Source: an uncultured Actinomycetes bacterium
GTDB taxonomy: Bacteria > Actinomycetota > Acidimicrobiia > Acidimicrobiales > SZUA-35
Assembly (NCBI GenBank): GCA_902826025.1
Contig: CADEDH010000020.1
Coordinates: forward strand, 5,012 to 69,011
Direction: 5' to 3'
DNA: 64,000 bases
Part shown: positions 1 through 9,876 of the stretch, piece by piece
Numbering within the stretch: the first letter of the stretch is position 1
How the letters are laid out: the number at the start of each line of letters is the position of its first letter
Program-made: the position numbers and the translations under genes
The notes under the pieces: model-generated
Seen by the model: only the letters and a program-made list of their open reading frames with translations
The model's database searches: none
Told to the model about the DNA's origin: nothing

Positions 1-2
1 CC

Positions 3-740
3 CGCCGCCAGTTCCTCATCGAGGGCCGCCGCGAGCTGAGCCGGGCTCTGGCCGCCGGGGTGGAGGTGGTCCAGCTGTTCGTCGACCCGTCCCGCCTCGG
101 GCCCGACGAAGCCGAGCTGGTGGATCGGGCGGCGGCCGGCGGGGCCGATGTGGTTGAGGTTTCGGGCGAAGTGCTGGAGCGGCTCGGCTACCGGGCCCCC
201 ACCGAGCCCCTGGTGGCAGTGGCCGCCATGTTCGACACCTCGCTCGATCGTTTGGCCCGCCCCGCCGCCGCTCCCCTACTGCTGGTGATGGCCGGGGTGG
301 AGAAGCCGGGCAACATCGGCGCCATGCTGCGAACAGCGGCCGCCGCCGGGGTCGACGGCGTCGTGGTGGCCGACCCCGTGGCCGACGTGTTCAACCCGAA
401 CGTGGTCCGAGCCTCCGTGGGGGCGCTGTTCACCGTGCCGGTGGCTGTGGCCGACGGAGGCGAGGCCATCGCCTGGCTGCGGGAGCGGGGCATCGCCGTG
501 CTGGCCGCCACCCCCGATGGCGGGCGACCTCACTGGGAGGTGCCGCTCACCGTTCCGGCGGCAGTGGTGGTGGGGGCGGAGCACGCCGGGTTGTCACCGG
601 AATGGCTGGCGGCGGCCGATGACCATCTCACGATCCCCATGCCGCCCGAGACGGCGTCGGGGGCCGACTCGATGAACGTGGGCACGGCGGCCGCCGTCCT
701 GCTGTTCGAAGCCGTCCGCCAGCGGGCCACCGGCTGTTAA
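3..740 (+). CDS. TrmH/SpoU family RNA methyltransferase, 5' partial
   Basis: Motifs EKPGNIGAMLRTA, VVGAEHAG, IPM and SMNVGTAAAVLLFE are SPOUT/TrmH signatures; the frame is open to the window edge (RRQFLIEGRRE from position 3). Confidence 0.9.
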   Translation, partial: RRQFLIEGRRELSRALAAGVEVVQLFVDPSRLGPDEAELVDRAAAGGADVVEVSGEVLERLGYRAPTEPLVAVAAMFDTSLDRLARPAAAPLLLVMAGVEKPGNIGAMLRTAAAAGVDGVVVADPVADVFNPNVVRASVGALFTVPVAVADGGEAIAWLRERGIAVLAATPDGGRPHWEVPLTVPAAVVVGAEHAGLSPEWLAAADDHLTIPMPPETASGADSMNVGTAAAVLLFEAVRQRATGC

Positions 741-2809
741 CCGTCGAGGGTGAGCGCGGCGGGCAGGGGCTGGGTGTGGACGATGCCGAGGTGCTGGACG
801 GCTCGGGTCATGGCCACGTAGAGGTGGCGCAGGCCGTTGTCGAGGGCGGCGATCTCGGCCGGCTCGACCACCACTACGGCGTCGAACTCGAGGCCCTTGG
901 CCGTGGCCGGGCCCAGCACGGCGACGGCGTCGGCCCCCGGTAGACCGGCCGAGCCCACCGTGCCGACGGTCCCGACGGAGGCGCCGGCGGCGGCCAGGGC
1001 GGCGGTGAGTTGGTCGAGGCGGTGGTCGGCGGCCACCACGGCCACGCTCGTGACCCGCTGGCGCAAGGCGGTGATCTCACTGGCCACGGTGGCCGCCAGG
1101 TCGGCCTCGGATACGGCCAGCACCAGGGGCGGGTCGCCGCCGGGCCGGACCGACCGGGCCGGGGTGACACCGGGGGCGGCCTCGGGCAGGAGGCGGTTGG
1201 CCACGTCGAGGATGGCGGCCGGTACCCGGTAGCCCACGGTCAGCTCCGTCCGCCGCACCTGCGCCGCCGCCCCGTCGTCCATGGCGGCGGTGAGCGCATC
1301 GAGGGCGGCGTCCCAGGAGCCGGCGGCGTCCACTGCGGTGGCCTGGGCCAGGTCTCCCAGCACGGTCATCGAGCCGCCCTCGGTCCGGCGGGCCAGCATG
1401 CGCAGGGCCATGGCCGACAGGTCCTGGGCCTCGTCCACCACCACGTGGCCGTAGGTGGCGGGCACGCCGGCGCACAGGTGCTGGGCCTCGTCGAGCAGAG
1501 GCAGGTCGGCCGCCGTCCACGGGGTGTCGTCGACCTTGGGCGTGCCCTTGCGCCGCAGCAGCTTCTGGTCGGCCGGTGACAGCAGGCCGGCCGACGCTTC
1601 CGTCAGCCGCTTGGGCGAACCCATCAGCGCGGCCACCACCGCCGCCGGGCTCAGCGTGGGCCACATCTTGTCGAGCGCCGTCTTGAACCGGCTGTCGGAC
1701 CGGAGGCCCCCGGTGAAGATCGGCTCGGAGCCGGGGTCGACGCCGGGCCGCACGCTGTGCCGCCGCCACGCCTCCTGCAGCACCAGGTTGCGGAACACGT
1801 CGCGGCCCTGGTTGGCCGGGAGACGCCGGGCCTGGACCGTCTTCTGCAGCTGCTCCAGGTCGGCCTCGGTCAGGCGGACCGTGTAGATCCCCGACCGAAG
1901 CTCCAGCCCGCCGGCCAGGGGCCCGATCCGGGCCCACACCGCGGCCCGCACCACCTCGGCCATCACCGGGGAACCCTTGAGCCGGGTCACCTCGTCGGTG
2001 TCGGTGGCCCGCACCCGGAACCGGGCGGCGAGCAGGCCGGCCACCGTCGTCTGGGTGACAGCGGTCTCGCCCAGCGACGGGAGCACATCGGCGATGTAAC
2101 GGAGGAACACCGGGTTGGGGCCCACCACCAGCACCCGGCGGTCTATGAGCCGGGTGCGGTGCTCGAACAGCAGGAAGGCGGCCCGGTGGAGGCCGACTGC
2201 CGTCTTGCCCGTGCCCGGACCGCCCTGCACCACCAGCAGCTCGGCCAGCGGAGCCCGGATGATCTCGTCCTGCTCGGCGGCGATGGTGGCCACGATGTCG
2301 CGCATCTGGCCGGTGCGGGAGCGCTCCAGCTCGGCCAGCAGGGGGTCGGGCAGGCCGCCGGCGGCGGGGCTGTCGGGATCGTCGAGGGCCTCGTCGAGAA
2401 GGGCCACGATCCGGCGCTCCTCCACCACGAACCGGCGGCGATGGGTGAGCCCGCACGGATCCACGGCGGTGGCCCGGTAGAAGGCGGCGGCCACCGGGGC
2501 CCGCCAGTCGATCACCACCGGCCGGGAACGCTCGTCCTCCACGTGCCGACGTCCGACGTACCACTGCTCGGCGTCTTCGGTGCGGATCCGGCCGAAGGCG
2601 AGGGGGCCGCCGACGTCGCGCAGGGCCGCCTCCCGCCGCTGGAGGTGGAAGCGGGCGATCCGGGCGTCGACCGTGTTCTCCTGGGCCACGGCCCGGTCGG
2701 TGACGGCCCGGGCATCGGCCGCCCGAGCGGCCATGGCGGTGAGATGGGCGTAGGCGGCGTCGAGCCACCCTTGCTCGGCTGCGAGCTCGGGGTCGGTGTC
2801 GGGCACCAT
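737..2809 (-). CDS. helD: HelD-type RNA polymerase recycling SF1 helicase-like ATPase
   Basis: DWRAP motif, Walker A GGPGTGKT, VVVDEAQD, KGLEFDAV, YVAMTRA. Start trimmed to ATG 2809 (or GTG 2806) just downstream of a TAGTGT -10 box at 2819-2814. Confidence 0.85.
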   Translation of the reverse strand: MVPDTDPELAAEQGWLDAAYAHLTAMAARAADARAVTDRAVAQENTVDARIARFHLQRREAALRDVGGPLAFGRIRTEDAEQWYVGRRHVEDERSRPVVIDWRAPVAAAFYRATAVDPCGLTHRRRFVVEERRIVALLDEALDDPDSPAAGGLPDPLLAELERSRTGQMRDIVATIAAEQDEIIRAPLAELLVVQGGPGTGKTAVGLHRAAFLLFEHRTRLIDRRVLVVGPNPVFLRYIADVLPSLGETAVTQTTVAGLLAARFRVRATDTDEVTRLKGSPVMAEVVRAAVWARIGPLAGGLELRSGIYTVRLTEADLEQLQKTVQARRLPANQGRDVFRNLVLQEAWRRHSVRPGVDPGSEPIFTGGLRSDSRFKTALDKMWPTLSPAAVVAALMGSPKRLTEASAGLLSPADQKLLRRKGTPKVDDTPWTAADLPLLDEAQHLCAGVPATYGHVVVDEAQDLSAMALRMLARRTEGGSMTVLGDLAQATAVDAAGSWDAALDALTAAMDDGAAAQVRRTELTVGYRVPAAILDVANRLLPEAAPGVTPARSVRPGGDPPLVLAVSEADLAATVASEITALRQRVTSVAVVAADHRLDQLTAALAAAGASVGTVGTVGSAGLPGADAVAVLGPATAKGLEFDAVVVVEPAEIAALDNGLRHLYVAMTRAVQHLGIVHTQPLPAALTLDG

Positions 2810-2858
2810 GTCGACACTACCGGGATGACCGCCGGCGCCACGCCGGTTTGGGCCGGGC

Positions 2859-4004
2859 TCAGCGCCGTACCCGGGCGCTCCCTCCGCCGGCCAGGCGCTG
2901 CACCTCGGCCAGCGTCGCCATCGACGTGTCACCCGGTGTGGTCATGGCCAGGGCGCCGTGGGCGGCGCCGTATTCGAGCGCCACCTCGATCGGGAGGCCC
3001 TGGATGAGACCGTAGATGAGCCCCGAGGCGAAGCCGTCGCCGCCGCCCACCCGGTCCAGGATGTCCAGGTCGCCCCGATGGGTCGCCTGGTGCAGGCATC
3101 CCCGGGCCCAGGCCAGGGCCCCCCAGTCGTTGCGGCTGGCTGAGCGCACCGTGCGCAGGGTGGTGGCGATCACGGCCAGATGGCCGTGGGCGGCGGCCAG
3201 CCGACCGAGCATCGCCCCGTAGGCGTCGACGTCGAGCGCGGCCAGGCTGGCGTCCCCGCCGTCGACCTCGAAGCCGAGTGCGGCGCCGAAATCCTCCTCG
3301 TTGCCGAACAGCACGTCGACCTGGGACACGAGCCGCCGGTTCACCTCCTGGGCCCGGGCCTGGCCGCCGTACGCCTCCCACAGGCTGGGCCGGTAGTTGA
3401 GGTCGAACGACACGACGGTGCCGTGACGCCGGGCGGCGGTCATCGCCTCCTCCACCACGGTCGGGGTCTCGGCCCCCAATGCAGCGAAGATGCCGCCGGT
3501 GTGGAACCAGCGGACGCCGTCGCCGCCGAAGAGCCGGTCCCAGTCGACATCGTCGGGCCCCATCTGCGACGCCGCAGTGTGACCCCGGTCGGACACGCCG
3601 ACGGCGCCGCGCACCCCGAAGCCCCGCTCGGTGAAGTTCAGGCCGTTGCGGACCGAACGCCCGAGGCCGTCGTAGGGGACCCACCGGATCAGCGAGGTGT
3701 CGACCCCGCCCTGGCACATCAGGTCCTCCACCAGGCGACCCACCTCGTTGTCGGCCAACGCCGTCACCGCCCCGGCCCGAAGGCCGAAGCACTTCCGCAG
3801 GGCCCGAGCCACGTTGTACTCGCCCCCGCCCTCCCACACCTGCAGGGCGCGGGCCGACCGGATCCGGCCCTCGCCCGGATCGAGCCGGAGCATGACCTCG
3901 CCCAGGGAGACGAGGTCGTACCGGCACTCCCCGGCCGGGCGCACCACGACCGGCGAATAGGCGTCCGGGCCGGCGCCGCCCGTTCCCGAGCCGGGCGCGC
4001 TCAC
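2859..4004 (-). CDS. kdgK: 2-keto-3-deoxygluconate kinase (PfkB family)
   Basis: GGGEYNVA, SFDLNYRPSLW and DRVGGGDGFASG PfkB motifs; GTGA overlap with the eda stop gives start 4004. Confidence 0.85.
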   Translation of the reverse strand: MSAPGSGTGGAGPDAYSPVVVRPAGECRYDLVSLGEVMLRLDPGEGRIRSARALQVWEGGGEYNVARALRKCFGLRAGAVTALADNEVGRLVEDLMCQGGVDTSLIRWVPYDGLGRSVRNGLNFTERGFGVRGAVGVSDRGHTAASQMGPDDVDWDRLFGGDGVRWFHTGGIFAALGAETPTVVEEAMTAARRHGTVVSFDLNYRPSLWEAYGGQARAQEVNRRLVSQVDVLFGNEEDFGAALGFEVDGGDASLAALDVDAYGAMLGRLAAAHGHLAVIATTLRTVRSASRNDWGALAWARGCLHQATHRGDLDILDRVGGGDGFASGLIYGLIQGLPIEVALEYGAAHGALAMTTPGDTSMATLAEVQRLAGGGSARVRR

Positions 4005-4639
4005 GGCCGGACCTCGGCGGCGGCCGACACCGCCGCCCGGCACGACCCGACGATCTCGGCGAAACGACCGGCGCCGATGAGCCCCTGGTCCACCATCCAG
4101 CTCCCGCCCACGGCCAACACCGCCGGCTCGGCCAGGTAGGTGGCCAGGTTCGCCGGACCCACCCCACCCGTGGGCACCACGCGCAGGCCGGGGAACGGGG
4201 CGATCAGTGCCCGCACCCCCGGCGGGCCACCGAGCTGGGCCGCCGGGAAGAGCTTCACCACCTCCACCCCGGCGGCCAGGGCCCGCATGATCTCGGTGGC
4301 GGTGGCCACGCCGGGCAGAGCCGGGACGCCGTGATCCCGGCAGCAGGCGACGACGTCCTCACTGAACCCGGGACTGACGATGAACCGGGCCCCGGCCGCG
4401 ATCGCCCGGCGGGCCTGGCCGGCCGACAGCACACTGCCGGCCCCCACCAGGAGATCGGGGCGACCGGCCAGGACCCGGAGGGCTTCGAGGGCGGCGGGGG
4501 TGCGCAGGGTTACCTCGGCGCAGGGCAGGCCGCCCTCGATCAGTGCGTCGGCCAGCGGACCCGCCGCCGCTGCCGAGTCGATGACGATGACCGGCACGAT
4601 CGGCCGGTCACGGAACAGAGTGATCAGGGAGCTGCCCAT
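4001..4639 (-). CDS. eda: KDPG/KHG aldolase
   Basis: EVTLRT, GAGSV, FIVSPG, KLFPA, PTGGV and GGSWM motifs. Confidence 0.92.
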   Translation of the reverse strand: MGSSLITLFRDRPIVPVIVIDSAAAAGPLADALIEGGLPCAEVTLRTPAALEALRVLAGRPDLLVGAGSVLSAGQARRAIAAGARFIVSPGFSEDVVACCRDHGVPALPGVATATEIMRALAAGVEVVKLFPAAQLGGPPGVRALIAPFPGLRVVPTGGVGPANLATYLAEPAVLAVGGSWMVDQGLIGAGRFAEIVGSCRAAVSAAAEVRP

Positions 4640-4658
4640 CGGTCCTCTCTCGTCGGCC

Positions 4659-6209
4659 TCATCGGGGCCGGGGATCGTCGGGTCCGGGCGAGCCGGATGC
4701 GGTATCGGGTGGCGAAGCCAGGATCTGGCGGACGTTGCCGGTCCACAGTCGGCCGGCCAGGCCGGTCACGTCGGAGGCGAAGGCCCGGTGGGTGGGGTCG
4801 CTCCGGTCGAGGAAGCCGGGCCGCCACAGCAGGGCGTCGACCGCCGCTTCGGCCCCCGACCGACGGACACCGGCCGGCACCACAGGCCTGGAGGTGGATC
4901 CACCCGCCGTCCGGGCCGAGGCCAGAGCGGGGTCCGACAAGGCGAACGAGGGGGCCCGGGGCCCCGCCGTGCAGGTCACCCAGGCGGCCAGGACCAGCGC
5001 GGCGCGGGGCGCCGGGAGGCCGGCGGCCAGGCGGGCCCGGATGGTGGGCAGGAGTCGGACGGCCAGCTTCTGGGAGCCGTCGCCGGCGACCTTGGCCGTC
5101 GTGTAGGGAAGGGACCGATTGGCGAACCGGCCGAGCACCTGGGCGGCATAGGCCGCCAGGTCCCAGCCGGGCGGAGCCGTCAGGGTGGGGATCACCTCGG
5201 CGCTGATCAGCTCCCGTACGGCGGCCGCCAGCGCCGGGTCGGCCGCCGCCCCGGCCACCCGGTCGTGCCCGGCGAGCAGGCCCCAGTACGCCAGGGCGGA
5301 GTGGGCGGCGTTGAGGATCCGGAGCTTCGCCTGCTCGTGCCGGTCGACCCCGGCCACCAGCTCGACCCCCACCCGCTCCCAGGGGGGACGTCCGGCCGGG
5401 AACGTGTCCTCCAGCACCCACTGGGAGAACGGCTCGGTGACCACCGGCCAGGCGTCGTCGATGCCGAGGCCGGCCAGGTGCCGGCGGTCGGCGTCGGACG
5501 TAGCGGGCACCATGCGGTCGACCATCGAGGACGGAAAGGCCACGTGATCCCGGATCCAGGCGGCGAGGGAGGAGTCGCGGTGCTCGGCCAGCTCGGTCAC
5601 CACCCGGCCCGCCGCCGCCCCGTTGCGCGGGAGGTTGTCGCACGAGGCGACGGCGAACGGGGCGATGCCAGCGGAGCGACGCTGAGCCAGCGCCTCCACC
5701 AGCAGGCCGGGGAGCGAACAGGGTGCGTGCGGTCGCCCGAGGTCGTGGACGATCTCCGGCCGCGAGGTGTCGAGCGGACCCCCGGGGTCGACGGCGCAGT
5801 AGCCGTGCTCGGTGACCGTGATCGTCACCACCGTGACGGCCGGGTCGGCCAGCCGGGCCAGGGCCGGGCCCGGTTCGCCAGCGGCGACGTCGATACCGAG
5901 CAGCGCCCCGACCGGGCGGGGTGGGGGCCGGCGCCCGCCGTCGCCGTCGCCGTCGCCGTCGCGTTCCAGCACGTGATAGAGGTAGCCGGCCGGCGCCAGG
6001 GCGTCGCGCACGGAGGGGGACCGCAACGACACCCCCCAGATGGCGCCGGCCGTCGACCCGGTACGGAGCACGTCGTCGGCGTAGACCGCCTGGTGGGCCC
6101 GGTGGAAGACGCCGGGCCCGATGTGGACGACCGTCGGGCGGAGCGAACCGCGGCGGTAGCCCAGCTCGGCGCCCCCGGCGACCCGGGCCGGGCCACCGCC
6201 CCCGCTCAT
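4659..6209 (-). CDS. Mannitol dehydrogenase family long-chain oxidoreductase (fructuronate reductase/UxuB-like)
   Basis: HIGPGVFHRAHQAVY, SCDNL, SMVDRMVP, EPFSQWVLED, KLRILNAAHS, DGSQKL; ATGA overlap with the upstream gene. Confidence 0.85.
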   Translation of the reverse strand: MSGGGGPARVAGGAELGYRRGSLRPTVVHIGPGVFHRAHQAVYADDVLRTGSTAGAIWGVSLRSPSVRDALAPAGYLYHVLERDGDGDGDGGRRPPPRPVGALLGIDVAAGEPGPALARLADPAVTVVTITVTEHGYCAVDPGGPLDTSRPEIVHDLGRPHAPCSLPGLLVEALAQRRSAGIAPFAVASCDNLPRNGAAAGRVVTELAEHRDSSLAAWIRDHVAFPSSMVDRMVPATSDADRRHLAGLGIDDAWPVVTEPFSQWVLEDTFPAGRPPWERVGVELVAGVDRHEQAKLRILNAAHSALAYWGLLAGHDRVAGAAADPALAAAVRELISAEVIPTLTAPPGWDLAAYAAQVLGRFANRSLPYTTAKVAGDGSQKLAVRLLPTIRARLAAGLPAPRAALVLAAWVTCTAGPRAPSFALSDPALASARTAGGSTSRPVVPAGVRRSGAEAAVDALLWRPGFLDRSDPTHRAFASDVTGLAGRLWTGNVRQILASPPDTASGSPGPDDPRPR

Positions 6210-7420
6210 CGGGCTGTCGGCAGGCACGCGGGGCCCGCCGGCTCGGCCGACTTGTAGGTGAGGACGAACTCCCGGTGGCCGAGCCGCTCGCTGGCCGTCT
6301 CCCGGCCCCCGGCCACAGCGGCGATCAGGGCCAGTAGTTCCTCGGCCACCTCGTCGAGCCGGGCCCGGCCCTCCAGGATCCGGCCGGCGTCGATGTCCAT
6401 GTCGTCCGCCATGCGGCGGAACGTCTCAGGGTTGGCGCACACCTTCACCACCGGGGCGATGGCGGAGCCGACCACCGAGCCCCGCCCCGTGGTGAACACC
6501 ACCACCTGGGCTCCAGCGGCGATGATCTCGGCGATCTCGGCGTTGTCGTTGATGTTGGGGAACCCCCAGCGGGGGTCGCCCTCGGGCACCACGTCGAGCA
6601 GGTAGAGGCCGGGGCCGGGCAGGGCCTGGCCCGGGGTCACGACCCCGCTGATGGGTCTGGTTCCCGACTTCGAGTAGGCGCCGAGCGACTTCTCCTCCAG
6701 GGTGGTGAGGCCGCCCTCGGCGTTGCCCGGGGCGAAGCTGCCGTGGCCCATGGCGAGGTGGTAGCGGGCGGCCTTGGCCACCCGGGCCTCGATCTCCCGG
6801 CCCAGCTCGGGCGTGACGGCCCGGCCCGCCATGTGGTGTTCGCAGCCGATCAGCTCCCCGGTCTCCTCGAACAACGCAGTGGCGCCGGCATCGATCAACC
6901 GGTCGAAGGCCCGGCCCACGACCGGATTGGCGGTGATGCCACTGGTGCTGTCGGACCCGCCGCAAATGGTCCCCACCACCAGGTCGGCCGGGAGGAGAGG
7001 TGCGGTGCGGGCGGCGGCGAGCGTGGATGCCTGCTCGTCGATCCAGCGCCGGCCGGCGTCCACCGTGGCCGCCGTCCCGCCCACCTGCTGGATCACGAAC
7101 GTGGTGACCGGGCGGCCCGAGGCGGCCACCACCCGGGTGAGGTGCTCCCGGTCGAACCCCTCGCACCCGAGCGACACCAGGGCCACGGCCCCCACGTTGG
7201 GATGGGTGCACAGCCGCTCCAGCATCTGGCGGGCGTAGGGGTTCGGGTAGCAGCCCCCGAAGCCGATGACGTGCACGTCCCGGCGTCCGGCGGCGATGGC
7301 GTCGGCCACGAAGCGGGCACATTCCACCAGGTACACGACCACCGTCAGGTTCCGGATGCCGATCCGGCCGTCGGCCCTCGGATAGCCGTGGGCGACGGGC
7401 TCGATGTCGGGCCGGCTCAC
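6206..7420 (-). CDS. UxaA/GarD family dehydratase, large (C-terminal) subunit
   Basis: HPNVGAVALVSLGCE, CGGSDSTSGITANP, GNAEGGLTTLEEKSLG and FTTGRGS motifs of the altronate/galactarate dehydratase family. Confidence 0.88.
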   Translation of the reverse strand: MSRPDIEPVAHGYPRADGRIGIRNLTVVVYLVECARFVADAIAAGRRDVHVIGFGGCYPNPYARQMLERLCTHPNVGAVALVSLGCEGFDREHLTRVVAASGRPVTTFVIQQVGGTAATVDAGRRWIDEQASTLAAARTAPLLPADLVVGTICGGSDSTSGITANPVVGRAFDRLIDAGATALFEETGELIGCEHHMAGRAVTPELGREIEARVAKAARYHLAMGHGSFAPGNAEGGLTTLEEKSLGAYSKSGTRPISGVVTPGQALPGPGLYLLDVVPEGDPRWGFPNINDNAEIAEIIAAGAQVVVFTTGRGSVVGSAIAPVVKVCANPETFRRMADDMDIDAGRILEGRARLDEVAEELLALIAAVAGGRETASERLGHREFVLTYKSAEPAGPACLPTAR

Positions 7421-7734
7421 CGGTTGCCTCCCCGGTGGGCGAAGGTGGCGATGTAGTCGCTGGCCAGGTTGTGCACATGGACCCAGGCCCCGGTCGGGAT
7501 CGTCTCGGTGGCCGAGCCGATCGGCATACCGCAGCGCACCACGGGCTCGGCGGCGGCGATGGGTCGGGCCGCCACCTTGTGGCCGAGGGCCACGGGCCCG
7601 GTCACCACGACCGTGGCTCCCGTCGAGGCCAGGTGGGGGCCGGCGTCGAGATCGGCGACGGCGATCAGCACGCTGTCACCCTCGGCCAGCAGGAGCAACG
7701 CCGGAGCGCCGGCGACCCGGGGCCCCTCAGCCAT
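7417..7734 (-). CDS. SAF-domain small subunit of the UxaA family dehydratase (105 aa)
   Basis: D-x-V-x-[IV]A, GHKVA, G-x-PIG-x-A and G-x-WVHVHN pattern. This is the C-terminal part of track ORF 7417..8679, starting at ATG 7734 and overlapping both neighbours. Confidence 0.85.
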   Translation of the reverse strand: MAEGPRVAGAPALLLLAEGDSVLIAVADLDAGPHLASTGATVVVTGPVALGHKVAARPIAAAEPVVRCGMPIGSATETIPTGAWVHVHNLASDYIATFAHRGGNR

Positions 7735-8755
7735 CGTGGGCACCGCCGATCTCCACCACGGCCTTGACCACGGCCCCCGGATCGGCGGCCAGCCGAGGGA
7801 GGTCGTCGACGATGCCGGCCAGCGTGGTGCGGTGATTGATCCAGCCGGTGGCGTCGAGCGAGCCGTTGGCGACCGCCCCCAGCACCCCGTCCCAGTCGGC
7901 GGTCGTGGCGTTCCGGGAGGCCCGCACGTCGAGCTCGCGGGCATGGAGCCCCGGATTGGCGAACTCGATCGGCCCTCGCGTATGGCCGACGAGGACCAGC
8001 GTCCCGCAGGCGGCGGTGAGCCCGAACGCCGCCTCCATCGACGCCCGGCTGCCGGTGGCATCGAACACCACCGATGGCAGGGCGCCCCCCAGCAGGTCGC
8101 GGACGTCCGATTCGAGACCCTCGCCGGCGGGGAGCGTCTCGAACCCCGACGCCCGGGCGAAGGCGGCCCGCCCCGGAGACAGGTCGGCCAGCACGATCCG
8201 GGCGGCGCGGCTCCGCGTCGAGTGGGCGACGGCGAGGCCGATGGGCCCGGCGCCGAGCACGAGGACCGTGTCGTCGGGACGGGCCTTGGCCCGGGCCATG
8301 GCGTGCCAACCGATGCCCAGCGCCTCCACCAGCACCAGCTGATCGAGGCTGAGGCCGGGCAGGCGGAACAGATGGGCCTCGGGCAGCACCATCCGCTCGC
8401 ACAGCCCACCGTCCCGGGTGACCCCGAGGACCGAGATCCGCTCGCAGGCGTTGGCCCGTCCCTGACGGCACGGGCGGCAGAGCCCGCACGACAGGTACGG
8501 GAGCACGGCGCAGGCGTCGCCGGGGCCCACCCGGGTGACCCCGGGTCCGGCCTCCAGCACCTCCACCGCCAGCTCGTGGCCGAGCACCCGGGGGTAGTCG
8601 AAGAAGTTCTGGGTACCCCCGTAGGCGTGATGGTCGGTGCCGCAGATCCCGACCCGCCGCACGGCAGCGAGGACCTCACCCGGCCCTGGGGCCGGCGGAT
8701 CGGGACGGTGCTCGAGCACCAACTGCCCGGGTCGGGCCAACACTGCCGCCTGCAT
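7727..8755 (-). CDS. Zn-dependent MDR dehydrogenase (L-galactonate/L-gulonate 5-dehydrogenase-like)
   Basis: GICGTDHH, LGHE, structural Zn CxxCxxCx7C, GAGPIG, FDATG, ASRNAT; sugar-acid cluster context. Confidence 0.8.
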   Translation of the reverse strand: MQAAVLARPGQLVLEHRPDPPAPGPGEVLAAVRRVGICGTDHHAYGGTQNFFDYPRVLGHELAVEVLEAGPGVTRVGPGDACAVLPYLSCGLCRPCRQGRANACERISVLGVTRDGGLCERMVLPEAHLFRLPGLSLDQLVLVEALGIGWHAMARAKARPDDTVLVLGAGPIGLAVAHSTRSRAARIVLADLSPGRAAFARASGFETLPAGEGLESDVRDLLGGALPSVVFDATGSRASMEAAFGLTAACGTLVLVGHTRGPIEFANPGLHARELDVRASRNATTADWDGVLGAVANGSLDATGWINHRTTLAGIVDDLPRLAADPGAVVKAVVEIGGAHDG

Positions 8756-8783
8756 CGCTCTCCTCTCGGGCCGGGCCGGCCGC

Positions 8784-9809
8784 TCAGCGGAAGTTGAGGA
8801 AGTCGGCGGCGTTCTTGTCGGTCACCAGCTCGGTCCCGGTGTCGACGAACGGTTCGACCTTCTCGCCCCGGGCCGCCTTCACCGCGGCGTCGAGCCCCAG
8901 CTCGCCCATCTTCCCGGGGAACTGGGCGATGGTGGCCCCCATGTCACCGGCCTGGATCGCCTTGGCCGCATCGGGCAGCCCGTCGTAGCCCATCACCAGC
9001 ACCGTCTTGCCCTTGTCCTTGGCCACCTTGGCCGCGGCGATGGCGGGATCGTCGCATGCCGAGTAGATGGCGGCGAGGTCGGGCTCGCGGGTGAGGAGGT
9101 CCTCGGCCACGGTGGCGCCCTGGGCCGAGTCGCACTTGGTCTCGGCCCCGCCGATCACCACCTCGACGCCGGTGCCTTCGAGCGCATCCTTGACCCCCTG
9201 GATGCGGGCGTCGAGCGCCGGCACGCCCCGTACTCCTTCCATCAGGCCGATCTTGTCGCCCGACTTCAGCACCGACTTGAGGTAGGCGCCGGCGGCCTGC
9301 CCACCCTTCACGTTGTCGGTGGCGGCCACCGCTGTCTTCTTCGTGAAGTCGTCGAGGTTGTTGTCGGCCAGCACCACCTTGACGCCCTTGTCGCTGGCGG
9401 CGTCGAGGGCCGGGATGACCTCGGTGCCCATCGGGGTGATCACGATGGCGTCGAACTCCTTGGCCACGGCGTCCTCGATCTGGGCGATCTGGCAGGCCGT
9501 GTCCGATGGCGACTTGCAGCTGAAGTAGGTGACGTCGACCCCGGCATGGTCCTCGGCGTAGACCTTGGCCGCGTCTTCCATGGCGGTGAAGAATGCCACC
9601 GGGAACTTGGTGATGAAGGCGACCGTCACCGCCTCGGAGGACCCGCCGGTGGACTCGTCGGTCGTGGCCGCCTCGGTCGTCGGCGCGGCGTCGGCCTTCG
9701 TGGTGGGGGCGGCGCTCGTGTCCGAGCCGGTGTCGCTGCTGCTGCCGCAGCTGGTGGCGAGCAGGGCCAGAGCCCAGCCCGCGGCCAGGGCGGTATGACG
9801 GAATCTCAC
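8784..9809 (-). CDS. Sugar ABC transporter substrate-binding lipoprotein (RbsB-like)
   Basis: Lipobox LLATSC, Thr/Ala-rich linker, periplasmic binding protein type 1 motifs (DN, R, D, Q); GTG start with a GAAGGAG SD. Confidence 0.9.
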   Translation of the reverse strand: MRFRHTALAAGWALALLATSCGSSSDTGSDTSAAPTTKADAAPTTEAATTDESTGGSSEAVTVAFITKFPVAFFTAMEDAAKVYAEDHAGVDVTYFSCKSPSDTACQIAQIEDAVAKEFDAIVITPMGTEVIPALDAASDKGVKVVLADNNLDDFTKKTAVAATDNVKGGQAAGAYLKSVLKSGDKIGLMEGVRGVPALDARIQGVKDALEGTGVEVVIGGAETKCDSAQGATVAEDLLTREPDLAAIYSACDDPAIAAAKVAKDKGKTVLVMGYDGLPDAAKAIQAGDMGATIAQFPGKMGELGLDAAVKAARGEKVEPFVDTGTELVTDKNAADFLNFR

Positions 9810-9876
9810 GGTTGAACGCTCCTTCGGGTTGTGGTTGATGGAGACCTCGGTGGCGACGAGCCCGCCGGCGGGCCGG

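Noticed and set aside
2810-2860. Possibility that helD is the rifamycin-resistance HelR with a rifamycin-associated element
   Set aside because: I see no RAE-like inverted repeat in the 50-nt upstream gap, only a leaderless-type -10 box.
5935-5962. (GCCGTC)n microrepeat, and similar runs at about 26790-26820 and 52920-52950
   Set aside because: In-frame low-complexity coding (DGDGDG, GGSIG, DADVD); no spacer structure and no frameshift.
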